Assembly (NCBI GenBank): GCA_964428335.1
Contig: CAYRXW010000005.1
Span: 79,481 to 143,480 of the forward strand
Direction of reading: 5' to 3'
DNA: 64,000 nucleotides
DNA from: an uncultured Methanosarcinales archaeon
GTDB lineage: Archaea; Nanobdellota; Nanobdellia; Woesearchaeales; GW2011-AR15
Positions 1 through 9,140 of this stretch are shown here, one piece after another. Position numbers and translations under genes: made by a program. How positions within the stretch are numbered: position 1 is the stretch's first letter; each line of letters opens with the position of its first letter. The notes beneath the pieces were generated by a model. The model was not told where the DNA came from, made no database searches, and was given only the letters and a program-made list of their open reading frames with translations.

Positions 1-288
1 TTTCCATAAACAGAAGCATGTGTATTATGAATGATGTGACCATGACTGCTGCAATCGAATTAAATAATGGCGCTGGAAAGCTGAAAGGCTTTTCCAATGA
101 ATAAAAAATTCCGGTTAGCATGAACATGAATGACATGATTATCAGGAACATCGCATTATCATTTATGAAATTAAGAACTAGGTAATATAGTGGCATATTG
201 ATGAATATCTTATTTAGTATGAAAAGCAAAATAAGGAATACTGCTAATGAAAGGAACCATTTCAGTATAATCAGAAGGAGTTTTTTCA
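1..288 (-). CDS. partial CDS, hydrophobic membrane protein; the start codon (reverse complement of cat at 286-288) is inside the window and the C-terminus runs off the 5' window edge
   Basis: Reverse-complement translation from 288 gives MKKLLLIILKWFLSLAVFLILLF... with no stop codon before position 1. Not in the ORF track because it is truncated. Confidence 0.35.
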
Positions 289-334
289 TTGTATGAATAT
301 GTATGATTCCTCAGTTTAAGAATTTTTTGTGTTA

Positions 335-1123
335 TTATAGGCTTTCAATATATTTTATCTCTTCGCTGCTTAATTCAAAATCAAGTTCCAGATCCTCTTT
401 CATGTGCAATTCATCTGTAGTTCCTGTAAGTGGAAGTATATTCATGTGCCTTGCAAACCTAAAAATTATCTGTGCCTCTGTCTTCTTGTGTTTTTTTGCT
501 ATGTCTTTCACACTTTGTATGATATTTGGATTTGCTGTAAGTAAGGAAAATCCCTGATAGGTTATCTTATTTTTTATGCAGAACTCCCTAACTTCCTTAT
601 CCCAACCCATACTTGCGTAACATCTGTTCTGCACAAAGTTTGGTTTATATTTTGCTTTTTCATAAAATACTTTCAGCTGCTTTATGCTAACATTACTGAC
701 ACCTAAAGCAAGTATCTTCTTTTTCTCAAACAATGCTTCCATCGCCTTATACACCATCAGGTCATCATATGTGACTGCGTATGCTGTCTTTGGGCCATGG
801 AGAAGGTATGAATCAATATAATCTGTCTTTAAATGCAATAATGAGCTTTCAAATGACTGCAGTACTTGGGATGTGAAATCAGAATTCTTGTTATATGGAA
901 TCCTACTATCCTGGGAGCTTGCATAGGTGAATTTTGTCTGGATGAAAAGCTCGCTTCTTTTGATATTTGATTTCATTATTGCACTGCCTACACCTTCCTC
1001 GAAATAGTGCTTCCTCTGGTTGGCTGTATCTATTGATCTATATCCTAACTTGATGGCTTTAAGGACCAGAGATTCTGTATCCAGTTCTTTCCAGGCAGTG
1101 CCGTAGATTATCTGAGGTATCAT
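335..1123 (-). CDS. aldo/keto reductase family oxidoreductase
   Basis: N-terminal region GYRSIDTANQRKHYFEEGVG resembles the AKR signature GYRHIDTAxxYxnEexVG. Length 262 aa and overall layout are typical of AKRs. Confidence 0.6.
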   Translation of the reverse strand: MIPQIIYGTAWKELDTESLVLKAIKLGYRSIDTANQRKHYFEEGVGSAIMKSNIKRSELFIQTKFTYASSQDSRIPYNKNSDFTSQVLQSFESSLLHLKTDYIDSYLLHGPKTAYAVTYDDLMVYKAMEALFEKKKILALGVSNVSIKQLKVFYEKAKYKPNFVQNRCYASMGWDKEVREFCIKNKITYQGFSLLTANPNIIQSVKDIAKKHKKTEAQIIFRFARHMNILPLTGTTDELHMKEDLELDFELSSEEIKYIESL

Positions 1124-1171
1124 TGTTCCATTGAAATCATATCATTATTTTAAACATTAGGTTTTAATCAC

Positions 1172-1795
1172 TTATCTTTTCACCGATTCCTGCATCATGT
1201 AATGAATGGAAGTCAGTCTTGCTGCCATAGTTATCTGCTCCATATCAGGTATAGGAAATCTTATTCTCTCATATGCAGAGACCAGATTTTCAATGCTTTG
1301 CATGAGATAATTCTCCATATCCTTCTGCCTTGCTGCTGTGTCCATCATCGCCTTTGGCCATGACACCAATAAGGGTGTTATGTCTGACGCCTGGCATGAT
1401 ACAAATGGCATCGATAGTGTGACATATGTCAACCCGTCAATCGAAGCAGATGCTGCATATGGTGCCTGGAATGGTGAAAAGAAATCTTCATGCTGTGTGC
1501 TGCCGCTATATGCAAGGATGCTTATGATATGGCCTGGATCTTTTCCTATTTGCCTAATACCGTATATGATTGCTGAATTTTCTAATACTGCTTCGTATGC
1601 TGCTGATATATGGACTGCTTTTTTCTTGAGCCTCTTCAATCTTGATGGATTATAAGAAGACCTGGTATAATCAGAATGGTGCTGCAGGAAATCTAAGATA
1701 TAGATGCCAGGGATATCCCACCTGTTCCCTGATCTCTTTATGTCGCTGACACCGACATGCTCAAGGGCCTGAGGTATATCATTTATCATGAGCAT
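1172..1795 (-). CDS. hypothetical protein (207 aa), no family recognised
   Basis: Long ORF in the GC-richer first block. No diagnostic motif recognised. Confidence 0.4.
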   Translation of the reverse strand: MLMINDIPQALEHVGVSDIKRSGNRWDIPGIYILDFLQHHSDYTRSSYNPSRLKRLKKKAVHISAAYEAVLENSAIIYGIRQIGKDPGHIISILAYSGSTQHEDFFSPFQAPYAASASIDGLTYVTLSMPFVSCQASDITPLLVSWPKAMMDTAARQKDMENYLMQSIENLVSAYERIRFPIPDMEQITMAARLTSIHYMMQESVKR

Positions 1796-2130
1796 ATGGC
1801 TGGAAGCACATCTGAGTATTTATAAGGATGCATAGGTAGGTTGCCATTGATGGAAGAAAGTTATTGATTCAGGTTGGCTATTGTTTCCTGCCTCATTTCT
1901 AAACTGGTCGAATTCGACTAGTTTAAAATTTATTATTTCAATTTTGCGAACACTGTCTGCCAGATCCTTCTTATTCTTTTATCCTGAAAAACAACCAATG
2001 CTTTGTGTTTATCCATTTTTAAGCCTCTTTTATCAATGAATCTATTTAATCTTATATGTGTTATCTTGGTTAACGGTCAAGTTTAAATATCTCACAGAAG
2101 GATGTCCAGTGGACTTTTTGTCCAGTGATT

Positions 2131-2826
2131 TCACAATCTGCCTGTAACTGCCAGCATGCTCACTATCTCATCTTTCAGATAGTCGATCTCATATTTTTCA
2201 TATCTTCCGTCCGGTGTCAGATGGACCAATATCTGTCCTGCAATCTTTTGGCCGTATTCTATTTCCATGATATACCTGTATAAACTTAACTGCAGGGAAT
2301 ATTTTGAAAAATTGCAGTCCTGGAGATGTGAAATAGGCTCACTGCATCTCCTGTCCCTAAAGCCTGTCATATCAATGCTCCTATTTGTCTTCCAGTCTAT
2401 GAGAAATATCCCTTTATCTGTCTTTGAGAGCGCATCAATCTGCCCTCCGATACAATATATAGGACTACCGATGACCTTTTCAGCCTCGATGAAATCATGC
2501 TCCTCATCCCTCATGAAATCATTCACTGCATTGAAATATGTCCTTTCAGTTTTGGTTGAAGGTATTGGTGATTTAGTCTTTCTAATTAAGGATTCTGCAT
2601 AGCTGTGGACTAATTTACCGAATTCTCTGGATGCTATGCTTTTCTTCTCCCACATGTCCAGGACCTGTTTTACTGTGAGACCGTCTCTTAATGCTATATG
2701 GTTGCTCCACCTTTCTGTATCGAATTTCTCGAAGAATTCTGAGATGAATTGTGTCGAGGATTGAAGTTCTTTTCCTGATTCATCATGGATGTATTTATGG
2801 CCGTCTTGGATGAATGTGATTGACAT
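2131..2826 (-). CDS. PD-(D/E)XK family nuclease (231 aa)
   Basis: Core motif GGQIDALSKTDKGIFLIDWKT carries a D...D-x-K arrangement (hhhD ... hh(D/E)xK), typical of restriction-like, Cas4-like and phage exonuclease folds. Confidence 0.55.
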   Translation of the reverse strand: MSITFIQDGHKYIHDESGKELQSSTQFISEFFEKFDTERWSNHIALRDGLTVKQVLDMWEKKSIASREFGKLVHSYAESLIRKTKSPIPSTKTERTYFNAVNDFMRDEEHDFIEAEKVIGSPIYCIGGQIDALSKTDKGIFLIDWKTNRSIDMTGFRDRRCSEPISHLQDCNFSKYSLQLSLYRYIMEIEYGQKIAGQILVHLTPDGRYEKYEIDYLKDEIVSMLAVTGRL

Positions 2827-3002
2827 AGGAGGATGAAATAAAATGTGGGATTATATGTGTATTGGAGGATTAATTTTTTAGTAATCCTCAGTAGTAAAAC
2901 GATATCTTTTTATATCTCTTAATCCTACAAAGATTTAGCGGGTAAAACCTGTTGGTCAAGTGTACCTTGAGGTGCACGCCAAAACAGTATCAACAGGTGC
3001 TG

Positions 3003-3620
3003 CTACTTTCTATCCCACATATGAGCAATGTTAACTTTTTTTTCAATCAATTTGAAATAATGTTCCTTTTCATGTTCAAATTTTTGAAAAACTGCATATG
3101 AAACTACATCTGCAATCTGTAGACCTACCCAAGACTGAGACCAACTATGGTGAACTTCAATTTCTCTATTCCATTTTAATTCTTTAAATTTAATTTCAAG
3201 ATAATTGTTAAAATCATCAATCAAACTTTGTTTTCCTTTTGATCTGTCAATTCTGATAATTAATTTTTTAGAATCAATTGCAATATTAGAAAGGTGACCT
3301 GTCACAAAATTGTATAACTTATGTTTATCTTCTTTTAGATATTTGCTATATACTTTATTTTTTTCTAATATTACACTTTGCGCGTGCGCTGAAGTCTCTG
3401 CAAATTTTTTTAGTATGTGCTCAATGAGTTCTGGACTAGACTTATTTGATTTTATTTCCTGAACACCTTTAAGCAGTTTTTCAAACTTATATCTTCGCAT
3501 ATTTTTAATTAATCTATCAAATTCATGAGGTTTATCTATCCAAATTGCTGTACTTACAAAAAACTTTGAACCGTGCTCTCCAAGGTCTCCAGTTTCATCA
3601 ATAAAGACATACCTTTCCAT
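3003..3620 (-). CDS. DUF3800 family protein
   Basis: N-terminal YVFIDETGD and C-terminal GLQIADVVSYAV match the conserved DUF3800 termini (YxFxDESG ... QxADxxA). Length 205 aa. Confidence 0.7.
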   Translation of the reverse strand: MERYVFIDETGDLGEHGSKFFVSTAIWIDKPHEFDRLIKNMRRYKFEKLLKGVQEIKSNKSSPELIEHILKKFAETSAHAQSVILEKNKVYSKYLKEDKHKLYNFVTGHLSNIAIDSKKLIIRIDRSKGKQSLIDDFNNYLEIKFKELKWNREIEVHHSWSQSWVGLQIADVVSYAVFQKFEHEKEHYFKLIEKKVNIAHMWDRK

Positions 3621-3757
3621 CGTGAAAGAAATAGGTAAATTGTTTATATAGTTTGTTGGCTAGAAGCCTTACTAAAATATTGAATTTCACTATACTACTC
3701 CTTTTCTAGATTTTTTAGTAGTGAGTAGATGAGGAGAATTCTAGTTTAGAAAATCTT

Positions 3758-6700
3758 TTATTTTGAGATATCATAGAATCTTTCAAAGAATCTAGTGAAT
3801 TTTTCAATAATAGTTTCACGCTTTTTTGTGCGTTCTCCTGTTTTAGAAAAACGAGATACTGGTGGTAAAACTTTAGTTATTGCTGTTCCTGTTGTCGGAA
3901 TACTTCCATCTCTAAAGGCATTCTCTATAAAACTATATGCTTCATCACGATTAAGGTTTTCCTCGTCAATTATTCTCTCAAATTCTTCGATTTTCTTTTT
4001 TTCTACAAACTTCTGCCAATCTTCATCTATTATTGTTTTTTTATTAAGAGATTCTATAAATTGATGAATGAGATCTCTTTTATTTCGTAATTCTATACTT
4101 GAATCTATTGCTTTGTTAATATCAATTAAGATTTCCTTATCTTTTGTGTGTTCTTCATGATATTTTTTAATTAATTTTAAAATATAATCAATATTGATTT
4201 CTATTTGTTTGATAAGTTCCATTTCAAACACAATATCCTCATTAACATTTTCTTTTTCTGTGTCTTTGTTTTTTCTAAATTCATTATAGAGGTCTATGTA
4301 TAAACTATGATAATCTTGAACATCTCGTTCAGTTAATATCTCATTACCTTCAAATTCATCAAAAGTTGTAAGAATATTGCGAATTCTTAATATGCCACCA
4401 TAAAGCTTAATAAAATCCTTCTGATTTTTTTCTCCAAGTATTCTTTCTCCTATCGGAAAGTTATCCTGTAGTTCTTCGACTAAACTTTTATATCCTCTTA
4501 TTGTTTTTCCATCTTTTTTATATCCGTTGTAATATTCTTTGTAAGTTTTAAGTAAAACGATTCCGCTTGCTTCTTTATCTCCAAAAAGTGAAATAGATTC
4601 GTTGGTTGCTTTTTCTAAATTTCTAAAACAAACTATGTTACCAAAGGTTTTTATGCTGTTTAAAATACGGTTAGTTCTTGAATATGCTTGAAGTAGACCA
4701 TGCAGTTTTAAATTTTTATCTACCCAAAGTGTATTTAGTGTAGTGGCATCAAATCCAGTTAAAAACATATTTACAACTATTAAAATATCTATTTCCCGAT
4801 TTTTTACACGTTCGCTAACATCTTTATAATAATTTTGAAATTTGTCTGAGGAAGTGTCGTATGATGTACCAAACATATTATTGTAATCCTTAATAGCATT
4901 TTCTAGAAAATCTCTTGAATTTTCATCAAGTTTGCTAGTGTCTTCAGGATTTTCATCAGTAACTCCATCTTCTTCTTCATTTACACCAAAACTATAGATT
5001 AGGGCAATTTTTAATCTTTGTATTTCGGGCAATGATTTTTGTTGCTCTTCAAATTTAGAATAATACTTTTTTGCCATATCTATTGATTGAACAGCAAAAA
5101 TAGAGTTAAATCCAGATAAACGAATCTTTTCCTTTATTATAGCAACTTTTTTTCTATCTTTTGCAGTCACAAGCTCTTGAATGTTTTTTGTAACCTGATG
5201 AATATATGACTTATCATTTCTTTTGGTTTTTTGATTGAAGTGATCAATAATGTAATTTACAACATTATTTAATCTTTTAGGGGCAGACAAAATACCTTCT
5301 CTATCTATATCTTTAACTTTTTTATCTTCAATATTCTCTGCTTCCCTTAATGTAGAAATATAATCAACCTTGAAGGGTAATACATTTTTATCAGCAATCG
5401 CATCCACAATTGTATAAGTATGCAATTTATCGCCAAATGCTTGTTCTGTTGTTTTTAAGTCTACTCTTCCACCTGAGGATGAATTAACAGCAAAAATAGG
5501 TGTTCCTGTAAATCCAAAAAGGTGATATTTATTAAATGCTTTTGTGATAGAATTATGCATATCTCCAAATTGTGAACGATGACATTCATCAAAAATTAGA
5601 ACAATATGTCCCTCAAAGATTTTATGCCCCTTATTTTTTGCTATAAATCTATCAAGTTTTTGAATCGTAGTTATTATAATTCGAGCATTTGGATCTTCAA
5701 GCTGCCTTTTTAAAATTGAAGTGCTAGTATTGCTGTTTGCAGCACCTTTCTCAAATTTATCATATTCTTTCATTGTTTGATAGTCCAAATCTTTTCTATC
5801 AACAATAAATAAAACTTTATCAATAAACTGAAGCTTGCTTGTTAATTGTGCAGTTTTAAAACTAGTTAATGTTTTTCCTGAACCAGTAGTATGCCAAATA
5901 TAGCCTCCTGCTTTAATAGTTCCAAATTGTTTATAATTAGTGCTTACTTCAATTTTGTTTAATATTTTTTCAGTTGCAACAATTTGATAAGGTCGCATTA
6001 CTAAAAGCTGTTTATCTGTTGTAAATACACAGTATTTAGTAATTATGTTTAATAGAGAATGTTTTGCAAAGAAAGTCTTTGAAAAATCAATTAAATCTAT
6101 TATTGGGCGATTAGCATGATCTGCCCACCAACTAGTAAATTCAAAACTATTGCTTGATTTTTTACCCTTTTTTTGTATCCCTTTTGACTCTTTAATGTGT
6201 TCAAAACGAGTTGTATTACTATAATATTTTGTATGTGTTCCGTTAGAAATAACAAAAATTTGGATGTACTCATATAGACCGCATGATGCCCAAAAACTTT
6301 CTTTTTGATATCGATTTATTTGATTAAATGCTTCTTGAATTGCTACGCCCCTTCTTTTAAGCTCAATATGAACTAATGGCAATCCATTTACTAAAATTGT
6401 TACATCATAACGGTTTTTGTATTTTCCATCTTCAGTTTCATATTGGTTAATTACTTGCAGAGAATTGCTATGAATATTATCCTTTTTTATAAGATAAATA
6501 TTTTTACTTGTTCCATTATCACACTTTAAAATTTTGATATAATCTTCCTGTATTGTTGCAGTTTTTTCTGCTATGCTTTGATTTGGATTTGCTAACTCTT
6601 TTTTGAAGAAATAATTCCATTCTTTCTCACTAAATGTATAATTGTTTAATTTTTCTAATTGTTTTCTTAGATTTAATATTAATTCTTCTTCACTTTTTAG

Positions 6701-6868
6701 TTCAACATATTCATAGGCTTGTGTTTGCAATTGTTTTATGAAAGCTTTTTCTAAGTCTGCTTCACTTTGATAGCTTTCTGCTCGTTTTCCGTAAGGTGGA
6801 TTATATTCAGCTACAACGGTACTTTCAGTATTTTGTGCTACCAGATTGTAAGTCTTGTTATCCGGCAT
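3758..6868 (-). CDS. hsdR: Type I restriction enzyme R subunit HsdR (1036 aa)
   Basis: SF2 helicase motifs are present: HTTGSGKT (Walker A/motif I), LIFDECHRS (DEAH-like motif II) and FTGTP. Size and N-terminal nuclease region fit HsdR. It overlaps the upstream ATPase gene by 11 nt. Confidence 0.9.
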   Translation of the reverse strand: MPDNKTYNLVAQNTESTVVAEYNPPYGKRAESYQSEADLEKAFIKQLQTQAYEYVELKSEEELILNLRKQLEKLNNYTFSEKEWNYFFKKELANPNQSIAEKTATIQEDYIKILKCDNGTSKNIYLIKKDNIHSNSLQVINQYETEDGKYKNRYDVTILVNGLPLVHIELKRRGVAIQEAFNQINRYQKESFWASCGLYEYIQIFVISNGTHTKYYSNTTRFEHIKESKGIQKKGKKSSNSFEFTSWWADHANRPIIDLIDFSKTFFAKHSLLNIITKYCVFTTDKQLLVMRPYQIVATEKILNKIEVSTNYKQFGTIKAGGYIWHTTGSGKTLTSFKTAQLTSKLQFIDKVLFIVDRKDLDYQTMKEYDKFEKGAANSNTSTSILKRQLEDPNARIIITTIQKLDRFIAKNKGHKIFEGHIVLIFDECHRSQFGDMHNSITKAFNKYHLFGFTGTPIFAVNSSSGGRVDLKTTEQAFGDKLHTYTIVDAIADKNVLPFKVDYISTLREAENIEDKKVKDIDREGILSAPKRLNNVVNYIIDHFNQKTKRNDKSYIHQVTKNIQELVTAKDRKKVAIIKEKIRLSGFNSIFAVQSIDMAKKYYSKFEEQQKSLPEIQRLKIALIYSFGVNEEEDGVTDENPEDTSKLDENSRDFLENAIKDYNNMFGTSYDTSSDKFQNYYKDVSERVKNREIDILIVVNMFLTGFDATTLNTLWVDKNLKLHGLLQAYSRTNRILNSIKTFGNIVCFRNLEKATNESISLFGDKEASGIVLLKTYKEYYNGYKKDGKTIRGYKSLVEELQDNFPIGERILGEKNQKDFIKLYGGILRIRNILTTFDEFEGNEILTERDVQDYHSLYIDLYNEFRKNKDTEKENVNEDIVFEMELIKQIEINIDYILKLIKKYHEEHTKDKEILIDINKAIDSSIELRNKRDLIHQFIESLNKKTIIDEDWQKFVEKKKIEEFERIIDEENLNRDEAYSFIENAFRDGSIPTTGTAITKVLPPVSRFSKTGERTKKRETIIEKFTRFFERFYDISK

Positions 6869-7955
6869 TTTGTTCTACCTTCCATTTAAATTCTTTAATG
6901 AATTTATTGAATGCTTCTTGAAATAAAAATTTTTCATCATTAGATAATTCTTTGTATTCTAATTCAGATAACCTACTATGACTATTTAATTGTAAAAGTT
7001 TTACACATTCTGGTTTATTATCTCCTACTATGCATTCACTCCAATCATCATATCCTAAAAAATTAGCTGTCTTTTCTAATAAACTTCTAAAAAGATTAAA
7101 ATGATATTTTTTAATATTATTAGTATTAATAGCATTTTGAATCTCATCTTTTACCACAAAATGATAACCAAACGGAGAATCACCCTGATGTTCAAGTTTT
7201 AATTTTGTACCATCTTTTGATAAAATGTATCTATATTCTTTATTTTTCTTGAAAGAATTAAATAAAACATTATAAAATAAGGCATGATGAGTTGTTATAA
7301 GAAATTTCAATTTGTTGTTGTTAGATCCTTTTATTAGTTCAATTAAATCTAAAGCCATTGTAATGAGTCTATTGTCATCTATAGATGAAACAGGATCATC
7401 GATAATAACATATTCTAATTCATTAAATATCTTGGTTGATCTATTATCTACTTCACTAATATTCAATTCTTCAATAGCCGTTTTCAAAATAGTATAAAAA
7501 ACAGACCAAATAAGTACACTTTCTTCGCCTCTAGAAATTTTTATATTATCAGTACTACCCTTATCTTCTGTAGGTATATTAAATGTTAATTTTCCATTAA
7601 TTAAGTCAAAAGATGGTTCTATTTTGGTATTAAGAATTTTTTTAAAATTATCTATGATTTTTTTATCCATTCCCTCATCTTTAATTATTTTCGCTTCCCA
7701 AGAATTTGAATTAAACTCAAGAATGAATTCATCGTTATCCCATTTAAATAAATCTTCTAAAAGAGCATTAAAACATAATACCTTAATATTAGTTGATTCA
7801 TTTTCGTCATCTAATTTAATGAATTCATTAGATACTCTTGTTTTTCCTGTAGAATTGAAAGCATACATTATTGCAATTTGTTTCTTATTTGTGTGTGAAT
7901 CAAGGTTATTTTTTATTTCTACAGCAACTTCTTCAATTGAATCAAATTCAGCCAT
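6858..7955 (-). CDS. ABC-type (SMC/PrrC N-domain-like) ATPase embedded between hsdS and hsdR; possible restriction-linked anticodon-nuclease-like or Rlo-like protein
   Basis: Deviant Walker A AFNSTGKT. ABC-signature-like SRGEESVL. Walker B plus D-loop YVIIDDPVSSIDDNR. H-loop LITTHH. A ~140-aa C-terminal extension of unknown function follows. Overlaps hsdS by 8 nt and hsdR by 11 nt. Confidence 0.55.
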   Translation of the reverse strand: MAEFDSIEEVAVEIKNNLDSHTNKKQIAIMYAFNSTGKTRVSNEFIKLDDENESTNIKVLCFNALLEDLFKWDNDEFILEFNSNSWEAKIIKDEGMDKKIIDNFKKILNTKIEPSFDLINGKLTFNIPTEDKGSTDNIKISRGEESVLIWSVFYTILKTAIEELNISEVDNRSTKIFNELEYVIIDDPVSSIDDNRLITMALDLIELIKGSNNNKLKFLITTHHALFYNVLFNSFKKNKEYRYILSKDGTKLKLEHQGDSPFGYHFVVKDEIQNAINTNNIKKYHFNLFRSLLEKTANFLGYDDWSECIVGDNKPECVKLLQLNSHSRLSELEYKELSNDEKFLFQEAFNKFIKEFKWKVEQNAG

Positions 7956-9138
7956 TTGCTTTGACCTCTTTAAAAGTTAAGAGTTTTTCTCTATAATACT
8001 CATATTGTTTTCTTCTTGCTTCTAATTCTGCTGGAAGACCAATAGAGATATCATTAACAAGAGCATCGAATTTATCAAGGAGTTTAACTATTCGTTCTTG
8101 TTCTTTAAGTGAAGGAAGTGGGATTCTTGCTTTTTCTAATCCATTAGAATTAATTGATGATATCTTTCCAGAAGAAATAAAGCTTTTTATTTGAGAATGA
8201 AATTTTTTTGTTCTTAAAAAATATGAAATGTATTTTGGGTTTATTTTGTGTGAAAATATATAGCAAGCGTCATGAATAACAATATCTGCATCACCTAGCC
8301 AAGCAACACCTAAACCTATATCCTCAATTGTTTCACCAGCTGCAACAATAATAACGTCTCCTGGATGTGCAACTCTTAATTTTTTTGCTAACTCAGGTTT
8401 TAGAAATGATTTTGACTTTTCAGCCCAAATATTATAATGAGTATACATTTCACCATAATGTATACATGGAACTCCCTCAGTCACAATATCATCTTTAACA
8501 AATCTTCTACCCCTAAGAAAACTACCAATTTCTCCGAGTGACTTATTTTCAATATTTTCAACATTAAACATTTCTTCACGATAATATTCATACTGTTTCT
8601 TTCTTGCTTCCAGCTCCGCTTCCAGCTCCGCTTCCAGCTCCGCTTCCAGCTCCGTAAAATTATCAAATATTTTAATTATTTCTTCTTGGACTGGGAGAGG
8701 TGGGAGAGGAATTTGAAACTTTTCTATCATTGGTTTTCTAATTGATTTTACAGTTGCATTTACAGATTTTTTTAAGATATAAGGTAAGAAATTATCATAT
8801 AAAAAATAATAGGCGAACTTTGTTAGTATCTTTTTGTTAGTAAAATGAATACGATATGCTCTTTGATGCAAAGCGTATTTTCCATTCACATAATGAAAGA
8901 TTTCACCAACTCCACCTTCACCAGGAATTAATATAGCTTCTTCATCAAATTCATAAGTATTTATTAACTTAACAAACTTTGAACGAACAAACAAGGGATA
9001 CTTACCATTTTCAACTGCTTCATTCCCATTGCTACTCCCAGTACCAACTTCAGCAACTGCCCTCAATTCTTTAAACTCAACACCCTCTGGACAAAGTTCA
9101 TTAATTAATCTATCAAGCTTATTGGAATTCCTAACCAT
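7948..9138 (-). CDS. hsdS: Type I R-M specificity subunit HsdS (type IC-like)
   Basis: Two TRD-like halves separated by a central conserved region (ELEAELEAELEAELEARKKQYEYYREEM). That region is repeated at the C-terminus (LPAELEARRKQYEYYREKL). Typical HsdS layout. Confidence 0.85.
   Translation of the reverse strand: MVRNSNKLDRLINELCPEGVEFKELRAVAEVGTGSSNGNEAVENGKYPLFVRSKFVKLINTYEFDEEAILIPGEGGVGEIFHYVNGKYALHQRAYRIHFTNKKILTKFAYYFLYDNFLPYILKKSVNATVKSIRKPMIEKFQIPLPPLPVQEEIIKIFDNFTELEAELEAELEAELEARKKQYEYYREEMFNVENIENKSLGEIGSFLRGRRFVKDDIVTEGVPCIHYGEMYTHYNIWAEKSKSFLKPELAKKLRVAHPGDVIIVAAGETIEDIGLGVAWLGDADIVIHDACYIFSHKINPKYISYFLRTKKFHSQIKSFISSGKISSINSNGLEKARIPLPSLKEQERIVKLLDKFDALVNDISIGLPAELEARRKQYEYYREKLLTFKEVKANG
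8606..8653. repeat. perfect 4 x 12-bp tandem repeat (gcttccagctcc) encoding (ELEA)4 in the HsdS central conserved region
   Basis: Read directly at 8606-8653. It is in frame within hsdS on the minus strand. Confidence 0.95.
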
Positions 9139-9140
9139 CT

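Noticed and set aside
2880-3002. Possible tRNA in the nuclease-DUF3800 spacer (gcgggtaaaacctgttggtcaag...)
   Set aside because: I could not fold a cloverleaf. There is no acceptor stem/CCA-compatible pairing and no T-loop GTTC-like motif. It is better explained as a simple hairpin.
3795-4064. Plus-strand small ORFs inside hsdR. The same applies to 7312-7497 and 7624-7980 inside the ATPase gene.
   Set aside because: Shadow ORFs in AT-rich antisense sequence. They lie fully within confidently called genes.
8606-8653. CRISPR-like appearance of short direct repeats
   Set aside because: The repeats are 12 bp, contiguous, spacer-less and in frame within hsdS. They are not a CRISPR array. No other repeat-spacer structures were seen in the window.
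8481-8666. 61-aa ORF with RSWK repeats (MIILRSWKRSWKRSWKRSWK...)
   Set aside because: It is an out-of-frame reading of the 12-bp tandem repeat inside hsdS on the same strand. It is a translation artifact, not a gene.
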